Part shown: piece after piece, positions 9,996 through 19,473 of the stretch
How the letters are laid out: each line of letters begins with the position of its first letter
How positions within the stretch are numbered: position 1 is the first letter of the stretch
NCBI GenBank assembly: GCA_965220745.1
Contig: CBDCQT010000012.1
Location: forward strand, 384,001-448,000
Source of the DNA: Alphaproteobacteria bacterium
GTDB lineage: Bacteria; Pseudomonadota; Alphaproteobacteria; UBA828
Reading direction: 5' to 3'
DNA: 64,000 nt
Notes under the pieces: generated by a model
Told to the model about the DNA's origin: nothing
The model's input: the letters and a program-made list of their open reading frames with translations, nothing else
The model's database searches: none
Program-made: the position numbers and the translations under genes

Positions 9996-11702
9996 TTAGC
10001 GGAAGTAGAAGAGCTGGGTCAGCGGCAGGGTCTTGGCCGGCTTCACCGTGATGCGCTCGCCATCGACGTAGACGTTGTAGGTCTCGGGGTCGATCTCGAT
10101 ATCGGGCAGCGCGTCGTTGTGGATCATGTCGCGCTTGGAGATGGTGCGGCAGCGCTTCACCGGCACCAGCGTCTGGGTCTCGATCCGGTCCGCAAGGCCG
10201 TTGTCGAGCGCCGCCTTGGTGACGAAGGAATAGCTCGTCCGCTTCGGGTTGACGCCGAGGGAGCCGTACTGCGGGCGGTACTTGAGCGGCTGGCCGGTCA
10301 TCAGCGAGCCCGCCGGGTCGCCCATCACCGCGTGCGAGATGAAGCCGCCCTTCAGCGTCACCTCGGGCTTGGCGATGAAGAACTCGGGCCGCCAGAACAC
10401 CAGGTCCGCCAGCTTGCCGGGCGTGATCGAGCCCACGTAGGAATCGACGCCGAAGCAGATCGACGGGTTGATCGTCACCTTGGCCAGATAGCGCTTGATC
10501 CTGAAGTTGTCGTTGTCCGAGCCGTCCTCCGAGAGCCGCCCGAAGCGCACCTTGTTCACCGCCGCGAGCTGGAAGGAGCGCTGCGCGCTCTCCGCCGCGC
10601 GGCCCACGCCCTGGCTGTCGGAGCCGATCATGCTGATCGCGCCCATGTCGTGCAGCACGTCCTCGGCCCGCATGGTCTCCGCCCTGGCCCGGCCCTGAAT
10701 GAAGGCGATGTCCGTCGGCACGCTCTTGTTCAGGTTGTGGCAGGTGATCAACATGTCGATCTCTTCGTCGTACGTGTTGATCGAGAACGGGTTGGTCGGG
10801 TTGGTCGAGCTTGGCAAGAGGTTGGGCTCGCCGCAGACCCGCATCATGTCCGGCGCGTTGCCGCCTCCCGCGCCCTCGCAGTGGTAGATGTGCATGACGC
10901 GGCCGTTGATGGCGGCGATGGTGTCCTCGTAGTAGCCGGTCTCGTTCAGCGTGTCGGCGTGAATCTGGACCTGGAAGTCGTACTCGTCCGCAAGCTCCAT
11001 GGTGGTCTCGATGGCGGCGGGCGATGACGACCAGTCCTCGTGAATCTTGAGCCCCGTGGCGCCGGCCAGGATCTGCTCCACCAGCGAGCCCGGCGTCGCC
11101 GCGTTGCCCTTGCCGAAGTTGCCGAAGTTCAGCGGGATGTCCGCCATCGCCTCCAGCATGCGCTGGATGTTGAACACGCCGGGGCACTCGATGCCCACCG
11201 TCTTCGGCCCCGAGCCGCCGCCGATCACCGTGGTGAAGCCCGCGTTCTGATACTCGTAAAGCTGCTGCACGGAATCGAAGTGGGGGTGGATGTCGACGAA
11301 GCCCGGCGTGCAGATCATCCCCTCCACCGAGAGGATGTCGGTGTTGGGCGAGACGATCAGCCCCGGCGTGATGTTCATGGTGTCCGGGTTGCCGGACTTG
11401 CCGACGCCGACGATCTCGCCGTCCAGCACGCCGATGTCGCCCTTCACGACGCCGAGGATGGGGTCGATGATCACCGCGTTGGTGATCACCATGTCGAGCC
11501 CGCCGTCGCTCTGCTTCCACTTCGACGCCTGGCCCATGCCGTCGCGGATGGTCTTGCCGCCGCCGAAGACGAGCTCGTCGCCGTAGGTGGTGTAGTCGTG
11601 CTCGATCTCGGCCACGAGGCCGGTGTCGGCGAGGTGAATCTTGTCTCCGGTGGTCGGCCCGTACTGCGCGGCGTAGTCCGGGCGGGCGATCTTCATGCTC
11701 AT
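9996..11702 (-). CDS. ureC: Urease alpha subunit homologue (divergent active-site pocket)
   Basis: YGPTTGD, FGGGKTIRDGMGQ, DIHPH, GLKIHEDW, HADTLNE, HCEGAGGG, SDSQ, DNDNFRIKRYLAK. Confidence 0.95.
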   Translation of the reverse strand: MSMKIARPDYAAQYGPTTGDKIHLADTGLVAEIEHDYTTYGDELVFGGGKTIRDGMGQASKWKQSDGGLDMVITNAVIIDPILGVVKGDIGVLDGEIVGVGKSGNPDTMNITPGLIVSPNTDILSVEGMICTPGFVDIHPHFDSVQQLYEYQNAGFTTVIGGGSGPKTVGIECPGVFNIQRMLEAMADIPLNFGNFGKGNAATPGSLVEQILAGATGLKIHEDWSSSPAAIETTMELADEYDFQVQIHADTLNETGYYEDTIAAINGRVMHIYHCEGAGGGNAPDMMRVCGEPNLLPSSTNPTNPFSINTYDEEIDMLITCHNLNKSVPTDIAFIQGRARAETMRAEDVLHDMGAISMIGSDSQGVGRAAESAQRSFQLAAVNKVRFGRLSEDGSDNDNFRIKRYLAKVTINPSICFGVDSYVGSITPGKLADLVFWRPEFFIAKPEVTLKGGFISHAVMGDPAGSLMTGQPLKYRPQYGSLGVNPKRTSYSFVTKAALDNGLADRIETQTLVPVKRCRTISKRDMIHNDALPDIEIDPETYNVYVDGERITVKPAKTLPLTQLFYFR

Positions 11703-11725
11703 GCTCTGGCTCCCTGCTCCTGACC

Positions 11726-12235
11726 TCAGTCGCCGTCTTTGCCGCCGCCGAACTTCTCGTCCGGCGGGGTCTGGACCGGATAGCGCTCGCCCTCGAAGCA
11801 GTAGCCCTCGGCCCTGAGGCGGCGCATGGTCTGCTCCTTGATGATGCCGGAGCGGACCGAGCCGTTGGTCATGTTGTTCATGCCGTAGGCGACCTGGCGG
11901 CCGACGTAGCCGGTGATCTGCACCTTGCGGCTCTGGCCGGGCTCGAAGCGCACCGCGCTGCCGGATGGCACGTCGAGGCGCATGCCGAACGCCGCCTCAC
12001 GGTCGAAGGCCATCGCCCTGTTGCACTCGGCGAGGTGGTAGTGGGCGCCGATCTGGATCGGCCGGTCGCCGGTGTTGACCATGACGATCTCGATCGCGGG
12101 GCGATCGGCATTGATCTCGATGTCGCCGTCGGCGAAGTCGATGGCGCCGCACTTCTCCGGCTCGCCCACCTCGAACGCCTCGTCCGGCACGATCGATTCC
12201 GGCAGCGGCGGCGGGCTCCATTTTCTCTTAGCCAT
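11726..12235 (-). CDS. ureB: Urease beta subunit
   Basis: NTGDRPIQIGAHYH..E.N, GMRLDVPSGSAVRFEPG. Confidence 0.93.
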   Translation of the reverse strand: MAKRKWSPPPLPESIVPDEAFEVGEPEKCGAIDFADGDIEINADRPAIEIVMVNTGDRPIQIGAHYHLAECNRAMAFDREAAFGMRLDVPSGSAVRFEPGQSRKVQITGYVGRQVAYGMNNMTNGSVRSGIIKEQTMRRLRAEGYCFEGERYPVQTPPDEKFGGGKDGD

Positions 12236-12260
12236 GGCTGTTCTCCACGCTTGGCCCGCG

Positions 12261-12572
12261 CTACTCGCGGATCGGGTTCATCACCGTGACGAGCTTGGTC
12301 CCGTCGGGGAACATGGCTTCGACCTGGACGATCTTCATCATCTCGGGCACGCCCGTCATCACGTCGTCCCGCTTCAGGATGGTGGCGCCGTACTCCATCA
12401 TGTCGGTCAGCATGGGGATGCTGCCCTCGCGCGCGCGCTCGAGAATCTCGTCGCAGATCAGCGCAATCGCCTCGGGGTAGTTCAGCTTGACGCCGCGATC
12501 GAGGCGCCGCCGGGCCATCTCTGCCGCGGCCCAAATCTGTATCCGTTCTTCTTCCCTAACAGTGAGATGCAT
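12261..12572 (-). CDS. ureA: Urease gamma subunit
   Basis: ATG at 12572; MHLT.REEE...RGVKLNYPEAIALI...VQVEAMFPDGTKLVTV.NPI. Confidence 0.94.
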   Translation of the reverse strand: MHLTVREEERIQIWAAAEMARRRLDRGVKLNYPEAIALICDEILERAREGSIPMLTDMMEYGATILKRDDVMTGVPEMMKIVQVEAMFPDGTKLVTVMNPIRE

Positions 12573-12844
12573 AAGCCCCCACTCCCTTTCGCTCGCGCCA
12601 CGCTTGAGGACCAGGCGAGCGCCCGGCCCTTGGTGATCGACGGCCCGATGGGCAGCCGCCGAGAGGGTATACCGCGAGGCGTACGAAGGGAAAGCGTGTC
12701 GCAGGAGAGCCGGCCCACACGCTGCCGAATGGCGAGCGGCGCGCGCTTGGCGTAGATTTATGCGTGGAGGATCGTTCGCGGCGGACCGGCTTCGGGGCCG
12801 CCCGCCCGCGCAGTAAGTAACCAGTGAAACGGAGTCACGCTTCC

Positions 12845-14134
12845 ATGACAGACGGTTCAACCGGCAACGGTGCCAAAGGCCCGCGCGTGGTCGTCGTCGG
12901 CGGATCGATGGGCGGCCTGCTCGCCGGTAGCATGCTCTACCGCGCCGGCTGCGACGTAACGGTGCACGAGCGCATCGGCACCGAGCTCGCCGAGCGGGGC
13001 GTCGGCATCGCGACCCACCCGGAGCTTCACGCCGCGCTCGAGAGCCTGGGGCTTTCCATCGACGGGGCGTACGGCGCGCGGCTCGAGGAGCGCATCACCC
13101 TCGGCACCGACGGCAGCATTCTCGCGCGCTATCACTGTCCCCAGATACAGGCATCCTGGGGGCACCTCTACGGCCTGCTGCGCAGCAACTTTCCCGACGA
13201 ACGCTACATCGGCGGCGCCAACTTCACAGGCTTCGAGCCCCACGGCGAAGGCGTGCTCGCGCACTTCGAGGACGGCACCAGCATCGAGGCCGATCTTCTG
13301 ATCGGCGCCGATGGCGTGCGCTCCACCGTGCGTCCCCAGCTCTGGCCGGATGCGGTGCCGCAGTACGCAGGCTATGTGGCCTGGCGCGGCATCGTCGATG
13401 AGGACCAGCTCTCGGCGGAATGGCGCGACATGCTGATGGCGCACTTCATCGTCTACCTGCCGCCAGGCGAGCATGTGGTCGCCTACCCGGTGGCGGGCGC
13501 GGACGGCGAGCTCAGCCCCGGCAAGCGCCGCTTCAACATCGTCTGGTACACGCTGACCACGGCCGAGAAGCTGCGGCAGATGCAGACCGACGCCACCGGC
13601 CACCATCACGAGGCGGGGATCGCGCCGCACCTCATCCTCCCGTCGTTCGTCGATGAGGTCCATCAAGCGGCGGCCGAGCGCCTGCCGCCCTGCCTCGCCG
13701 AGCCGATGACCCTCGCGCAAGGGCTATTCTTCCAGACCATCGTGGACCTGGAGGTGCCCCGGATGGTGCAGGGGCGCGTGGCCATGCTGGGCGACTCGGC
13801 GTTCTCCGCCAGGCCGCACACCGGCATGGGCGTGGTCAAGGCGACCGGCGATGCGAACTCTCTCGCCCGGGCCATCGAGGGCCATCCCGGCGATCTCGCG
13901 GGCGCGCTCTCGGCCTACGACGAGGAGCGGACCCTCTATGGCCGCTCCCTGGTCCGCTTCGGCCGCCGCCTGGGCACCCATATCGAGACCCCGGAGCGGA
14001 GCGCCGAGGACTGCGCCTTCGGCGACTACCTGCGCGAGCCCTTGACGGTGATCCAGGCCATCTCGATCCCGCCGCCCTGCTCACCGCTCGCGGCGTTCAG
14101 GGACGACCCGGAGATCGCCTGCGGGCAGCGTTAG
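12845..14134 (+). CDS. FAD-dependent monooxygenase (2,6-dihydroxypyridine 3-monooxygenase-like)
   Basis: VVGGSMGGL, GADG.RS.VR, YAGYVAWRG, R.N.VWY, LGDSAF.ARPHTG.G..KA. Confidence 0.88.
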   Translation: MTDGSTGNGAKGPRVVVVGGSMGGLLAGSMLYRAGCDVTVHERIGTELAERGVGIATHPELHAALESLGLSIDGAYGARLEERITLGTDGSILARYHCPQIQASWGHLYGLLRSNFPDERYIGGANFTGFEPHGEGVLAHFEDGTSIEADLLIGADGVRSTVRPQLWPDAVPQYAGYVAWRGIVDEDQLSAEWRDMLMAHFIVYLPPGEHVVAYPVAGADGELSPGKRRFNIVWYTLTTAEKLRQMQTDATGHHHEAGIAPHLILPSFVDEVHQAAAERLPPCLAEPMTLAQGLFFQTIVDLEVPRMVQGRVAMLGDSAFSARPHTGMGVVKATGDANSLARAIEGHPGDLAGALSAYDEERTLYGRSLVRFGRRLGTHIETPERSAEDCAFGDYLREPLTVIQAISIPPPCSPLAAFRDDPEIACGQR

Positions 14135-14146
14135 CCCGGTGCGGGC

Positions 14147-15595
14147 TCAGCCGGCCGGGCGCTCCACGGCGCGGAAGGGGTGGCGGGCCCGCAGCGTGTT
14201 CACCGCGTCGAAGATGGCCGGGAAGGTCGGCCGCTCCACGTAGGCGCCGTCGCCCTGGTCGGCGCGAATCTCCGAGCCGTCCCAGACATGCCGGCCCCGG
14301 CTCACGGTGGCGCGCGCGACGCCGGTCACCGTCATCCCCTCGTAGATGTTGAAGTCGTTGTTCTGGAGGTGGGTCTTGGCCGAGATCGTGCGCGTGGCCT
14401 TGGGGTCCCAGACCACGATATCCGCGTCCGCACCCACCTTGATCGCCCCCTTGCGCGGATAGATGTTGAAGATCTTCGCGGCGTTGGTGGACGTGATCGC
14501 GACGTACTCGTTGGCCGTGATCCGGCCAGTCTCGACACCCTGGTCCCAGAGCACCGACATGCGGTCCTCGATGCCGCTGGTGCCGTTCGGAATCTTCGAG
14601 AAATCGTCCTTGCCCATCTCCTTCTGCCAGTTGCAGTAGGCGCAGTGATCGGTCCCGGTGGTCTGCAGGTTGCCGGATTGCAGGCCGCGCCAGAGGTCCT
14701 CCTGATGGTCCTTGGGTCGGAACGGCGGGCTCATCACGAAGCCGCGGGCGACCTCCGGGTTGGGGTCGTAGTAGACGCTCTCGTCGATTACCAGGTGCTG
14801 CGCCAGGCACTCGCCGTAGACGCGCTGCCCCTCCAGCCTGGCGCGGGTGATCGCCTCCAGCGACTCCCGGCAGGTCACGTGGACGATGTAGATCGGCGCC
14901 TTGAGCAGCTGGGCGATGCGGATCGCACGGTTGGTGGCCTCGCCCTCGACCTCCGGCGGGCGCGACTGCGGGTGGCCTTCCGGCCCGGTGATGCCGGCCT
15001 TGAGCAGCTCCTGCTGCATCATCCAGACCAGGTGGCCGTCCTCGCAGTGGACGGTGCAGAGCGCGCCGAGATCCCGCGCCCGCGCGAAGCTGTTCATCAT
15101 CTTCTCGGCGTCGAGCATGACCTCGCCCTTGTAGGCCATGAAGTGCTTGAAGCTGTTGACGCCGTGATCGCGGGTCAGCGTCTCCATGTCCTCGTGAATT
15201 TCGTCGTTCCAGTTGGTGATGGCGACGTGGAAGGAATAGTCCGACGGCGCCTTCGCCGCGCGCTGCTGCCAGATCCGATAGGCATCCATCGGCCGCTGGT
15301 CCGGCGCCGGAATCACGAAGTCGATGATCATGGTGGTCCCGCCCGAGAGGCCGGCGGCGGGGCCGGTATAGAAGTCGTCGCCGGTCACGGTATCCATGAA
15401 CGGCGTTTCCATATGGGTGTGGGGGTCGATGCCGCCCGGCATGACCAGCGCGTCTCCGGCATCCACCGTCGTCGTGCCCGCGGGCACGTCGAGCCCGGTG
15501 CCGATTTCCTGAATCTTGCCGTCCGCGCAATAGATGTCGGCGACGTAGCGCTCGTCTGCGGTCACCACCGTGCCACCCTTGATCAGCGTCGACAT
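14147..15595 (-). CDS. hydA: Dihydropyrimidinase / D-hydantoinase
   Basis: PGGIDPHTH, GVNSFKHFMAYK, VHCEDG, TDHC, IPNG..GIEDRM; ATG at 15595 after GGGAGG. Confidence 0.93.
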   Translation of the reverse strand: MSTLIKGGTVVTADERYVADIYCADGKIQEIGTGLDVPAGTTTVDAGDALVMPGGIDPHTHMETPFMDTVTGDDFYTGPAAGLSGGTTMIIDFVIPAPDQRPMDAYRIWQQRAAKAPSDYSFHVAITNWNDEIHEDMETLTRDHGVNSFKHFMAYKGEVMLDAEKMMNSFARARDLGALCTVHCEDGHLVWMMQQELLKAGITGPEGHPQSRPPEVEGEATNRAIRIAQLLKAPIYIVHVTCRESLEAITRARLEGQRVYGECLAQHLVIDESVYYDPNPEVARGFVMSPPFRPKDHQEDLWRGLQSGNLQTTGTDHCAYCNWQKEMGKDDFSKIPNGTSGIEDRMSVLWDQGVETGRITANEYVAITSTNAAKIFNIYPRKGAIKVGADADIVVWDPKATRTISAKTHLQNNDFNIYEGMTVTGVARATVSRGRHVWDGSEIRADQGDGAYVERPTFPAIFDAVNTLRARHPFRAVERPAG

Positions 15596-15744
15596 GGCTG
15601 CCTCCCTTCCCGGCGCGGTCGATGCCGGCGTCACGGCGCCTCCCTGGCAGGCCGGGCCGGACCGTTGCCGCGCGATATCCGCTGCCCCACACTACCCTAT
15701 CTGTGGCACACAGTTGCGATCTTCGCCGAAGGGGAGGGCCGAGG

Positions 15745-16197
15745 ATGGAGAAGAGCTGCGAGCGGGAGGTGCGGGAGTTTCATGCCTTCCTGCGGGACTG
15801 GCTGGCCGGCGCCGTGCCGCGCACGGCCGAAACGTTCGTCCGGTTCTCCGGCGTGATGGGCGAGGGGCTCGAGGTCATCGGCCCGCGCGGTGGGGTGACC
15901 GGGCGGGAGGCGCTGGTAAGCGAGTTCGAGGGGCTGCACGGCGAACTCGCAGGCGATGCGGACGCGTTCGAGATCTGGATCGAGAGTTTCCGCTGCCGCT
16001 GGGCCGTGGGCGATCATGCGCTGGTGACCTACGAGGAATGGCACCGGCGGCAAGGCGCGGAATCGGCGCGCCTCTCGACGGCGCTCTTCCGCCGAGCCGA
16101 GGTGACGCCCTGCGGCGTGGCTTGGTTGCACGTTCACGAGACCTGGCTGCCCGGCCGCGCGCCCGAGGGCGGCGAGCGCTTCCCCGAATCCGCCTGA
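15745..16197 (+). CDS. NTF2/SnoaL-like (DUF4440-type) protein
   Basis: EV..FH.FL.DW, LVTYEEW...RLSTALF...W.HVHETW; GAGG RBS. Confidence 0.72.
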   Translation: MEKSCEREVREFHAFLRDWLAGAVPRTAETFVRFSGVMGEGLEVIGPRGGVTGREALVSEFEGLHGELAGDADAFEIWIESFRCRWAVGDHALVTYEEWHRRQGAESARLSTALFRRAEVTPCGVAWLHVHETWLPGRAPEGGERFPESA

Positions 16198-16223
16198 GCA
16201 GGCCGGAGCGAACGCGGCGTCCC

Positions 16224-17354
16224 ATGACCGGACCCATGACCATCGAGCCTTCGACCCCTGCGCCGCCGCCCCCAGCCATGCCCCTCGACGCGGTCCACAC
16301 CCGCGAGCGCCAGTTCACGCGCATCTTTACGACGATGTACGGCCAGAAACACCGCGCCCGAACCCGGCTGCCGGTCAAGACGCAAGCGGTGCGGATGCAC
16401 GAGGCCGGCGGGCCGGAGGTACTGCAGGTCGAGGACCTCTGGGTGCCGGACCCCGGCGCCACCGAGGTGCGCGTCGCGCAGAAGGCGATCGGCCTCAACT
16501 TCCTCGACACCTATCAGCGGCGCGGCACCTTCCCCTCGCCGGGGCTGCCCTGGGTCATCGGCTTCGAGGGCGCGGGCGTCGTCGAGGCCGTCGGCGGCGC
16601 GGTGACGGCCTTCAAGGAAGGCGACCGCGTCGCCTACGCGAGCGCGCCGCCCGGCGCCTATGCGGGGCTTCGCACCATTGCGGCGGACGCGCTGGTCAAA
16701 CTGCCCGACGCCATCGGCTTTGAGCAGGCCGCCGCCGCCACGCTCAAGGGCATGACGGCGGAATACCTGGTCAACAAGAGCGGCGCGGTGCAGCCGGGCG
16801 ATGCCGTGCTGGTCCATGCGGCGGCGGGCGGCACCGGCCTGCTGCTCTGCCAGTGGCTCGCGCATGCGGGTGCCACCGTCATCGGCTGCGCCGGTGGCGA
16901 CGAGAAGCGCGGTCTCGCCGAGGCCCACGGCTGCAGCCACGCGATCGACTACCGGCGGGAGGACGTTGCCGCCCGCGTCGCCGAACTCACCGGCGGCGAA
17001 GGGCTTGCCGTGGTCTACGATTCCGTTGGTCGGGACACGGCCGAAGCCTCCGTCGCCTGCCTTCGCGAGGGCGGCACGCTGGTGCTCTACGGCAGCTCGT
17101 CTGGCGCTCCGCCGCAGAGCGCGCTTGCCGCCGCATCGGCGAAGTCCTTGCAAGTCGTGCGCCCCGGTCTCTTCCAGGAGAACGACACGCCGGCGGCGCT
17201 GCAGGCACGCGCCGGTGCGCTCTTTGAGGTGCTGGAGAGCGGCGCGGTCGCCCCCCGGATCGACCGGCGCTATGCGCTGGCCGATGCGGCAGACGCCCAT
17301 CGCGACCTCGAAGTGCGGCGCACCACCGGCCAGAGCGTGCTGATCCCCGCGTAG
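16224..17354 (+). CDS. NADPH:quinone oxidoreductase (MDR family)
   Basis: GGPEVL, AIGLNFLD, G.EGAG.V, LKGMTA.YL, VHAAAGGTG, YDSVG; start uncertain. Confidence 0.88.
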   Translation: MTGPMTIEPSTPAPPPPAMPLDAVHTRERQFTRIFTTMYGQKHRARTRLPVKTQAVRMHEAGGPEVLQVEDLWVPDPGATEVRVAQKAIGLNFLDTYQRRGTFPSPGLPWVIGFEGAGVVEAVGGAVTAFKEGDRVAYASAPPGAYAGLRTIAADALVKLPDAIGFEQAAAATLKGMTAEYLVNKSGAVQPGDAVLVHAAAGGTGLLLCQWLAHAGATVIGCAGGDEKRGLAEAHGCSHAIDYRREDVAARVAELTGGEGLAVVYDSVGRDTAEASVACLREGGTLVLYGSSSGAPPQSALAAASAKSLQVVRPGLFQENDTPAALQARAGALFEVLESGAVAPRIDRRYALADAADAHRDLEVRRTTGQSVLIPA

Positions 17355-17444
17355 CTCCCGGTGCTTCCGGCGCGTTGAGAGTGCCGGGGATATGCACTAT
17401 CAGGGGGCCGCACTCACACCACCCTGCGGGCACGGGAGTCTTTC

Positions 17445-18203
17445 ATGAGCAAGCCGACAGTCATGATCACGGGCGCCGGAATCGGCATCGGCCACGCCAC
17501 CGCCTTGGCCTTCGGCCGGGCCGGCTATCACGTCTACGTCACCGACGTGCTCGACGAGGAAGGGCAGGGAACCGTTGCCGCGATCGAGGCGGAAGGCGGC
17601 AACGCGAGCTTCAGCCACGTCGACGTGACCGACAGCGCCAACGTGAACGACGCGGTTGCGGCCGCCGAAGCCGCCACCGGCCCGCTGGACGCCGCCATCG
17701 CCAACGCCGGTATCGCCCACAAGGTGCCGCTCACTGAGATGTCGGACGAGAAGTGGGACCACACCCTCGATGTCGACCTCTCGGGCGTGTTCCGCTTGTT
17801 GCGCGCTGCGGCGCCGGGAATGCGCGAGGCGAAGCGGGGTGCGATGGTCGCCGTCTCCTCGGTCATGGGCACGACCTGGGGCTGGCACGACCACGTGCAG
17901 TACAACGCGGCCAAGTCCGGCGTGGTCGGGCTGGTGCGCGGCATGGCCTGCGACCTGGGCGGCGACGGCATCCGCGTCAACGGCATCGCTCCCGGCTTCA
18001 TCAAGACCGCACAGGCGCTCTCGACCGTGCACTCGCTCGGGATGGCAGGGCTGGAGGCGGCCGCCGAGTACATTCCCCTCGGCCGCTACGGCGAGGCCGA
18101 CGACATCGCCGACGTGATCCTCTTCCTCTGCTCCGACGGCGCGCGCTACGTGAGCGGCCAGACCATCATCGTCGATGGTGGGGTGACCGTGGGGCGGTAT
18201 TAG
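17445..18203 (+). CDS. Short-chain dehydrogenase/reductase (FabG-like)
   Basis: TGAGIGIG, ANAG, YNAAK, RVNGIAPG, SGQTIIVDGG. Confidence 0.92.
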   Translation: MSKPTVMITGAGIGIGHATALAFGRAGYHVYVTDVLDEEGQGTVAAIEAEGGNASFSHVDVTDSANVNDAVAAAEAATGPLDAAIANAGIAHKVPLTEMSDEKWDHTLDVDLSGVFRLLRAAAPGMREAKRGAMVAVSSVMGTTWGWHDHVQYNAAKSGVVGLVRGMACDLGGDGIRVNGIAPGFIKTAQALSTVHSLGMAGLEAAAEYIPLGRYGEADDIADVILFLCSDGARYVSGQTIIVDGGVTVGRY

Positions 18204-19132
18204 AGCGGAGCGGCGTTGATGGTGGGGCCGTGGGGCCGCGTCACACTTGCTGGGATGGGCTTGTTCTGAAAATGCTTGGCCATACTAACTAAACAATAGC
18301 GACGTTCGCCGATATTTTCTTCCTCGCACAAGTTAAATTTTGGTGCCAAAATATACTCCTTTGGCAAGTAGTCAACAGGATTGGTAAAACGACTACCGGC
18401 TTGCCTGAGCCACGAATCAAACCATATGTACCATGCCAGCAACGAATGGGATCCTAAATTATAAATCTCCGCAGGTTCGGGCAGCTACTTGAATAGATCG
18501 TCTCCGTAGCGAGCAACCAAGCTCTGATGAAATGGACTATTCGGATGCCCTAGCTTACTTATCTCAAGATAACTACCGGACCTAGCAACTATACCGTCCA
18601 ACGCGATTATGAAATCAGGACGTTCAGACCAAGGAATATTTTCAAGAGATGCAATAAGATTATCCTTCATAGTTTTCGGCCGCGATGATTCGAAGGACCA
18701 GACAACAAGCAGGGAATCTCTGAGGCTCTGGAATTCTTTTGTTTCACAGAATTTGCGTGTCATGCGCTTGAATCGCTGCCTTACTGACTGAATCAGTTAA
18801 ATTCGCCGCATCCAACTTAGTCTTTACTTCGATCAGTGCATAAACGGCTTCAGCTGGCCATAATTTATTTCTGTTGTTTCCGTAAAGTGGTGCGTTGTTT
18901 TTCTTATCGACTACTACGAGGTCAGCTTGGTTAGAAACATGCCATCGTGAGAGACAACAAATCCACTACTGACTCCAAAACGTTCTGGCAAATGACTTAG
19001 AAGAAAATTCTCGACTAAGTCTTGTCGATTCTCGCCGGTAGAAAGCCTGTGCTGAGAAAAATCACGGCGGAGCGCTGTTGATTGCCGGGAAATTTCGTTA
19101 GCTACATCTTCCATATATTCGACTAATTTCAT
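18200..19132 (-). pseudogene. AT-rich PD-(D/E)XK-like nuclease (DUF6602-like) pseudogene
   Basis: Reconstructed MKLVEY...GENRQDLVENFL..HLP.RFGVSSGFV / SNQADLVVVD...AEAVYALIEVKTKL / ...PDFIIALD...; frameshifts near 18935 and 18780, in-frame TAG at 18485. Confidence 0.72.
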
Positions 19133-19473
19133 AAGTTCACCATTCCCGTCTCGCATCGAAGAATTAACTCTTTCCACATTTGTGTTCTCCCAAAATGACA
19201 ACTTATGATAGTAATTAAGTAAGTTCCAACGTCGTTCGGGTGATGTTTCAAAGGCCGAGAAGCTCGATCCATCTTGTGGCAACAATAGGAAGAGTTCGTC
19301 GTGAAGGAAGGTAGTGAGTTCAATAAAGTAGATGTATACAGATACCATTGTGGTCGAATCAAAGACGGGGCCCCGAAGAGGCCCGGCACCCTTCGGTCGA
19401 AGCCCCAAGGGGAGTTGACTGTGACATAACTCCGAATAGGAGAAGGGTCAAGAGGAGCGGGACGGAGTGTCGC

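Noticed and set aside
15704-15717. TGGCAC...TTGC resembling a sigma54 promoter
   Set aside because: GG-to-GC spacing is 9 nt rather than the required 10.
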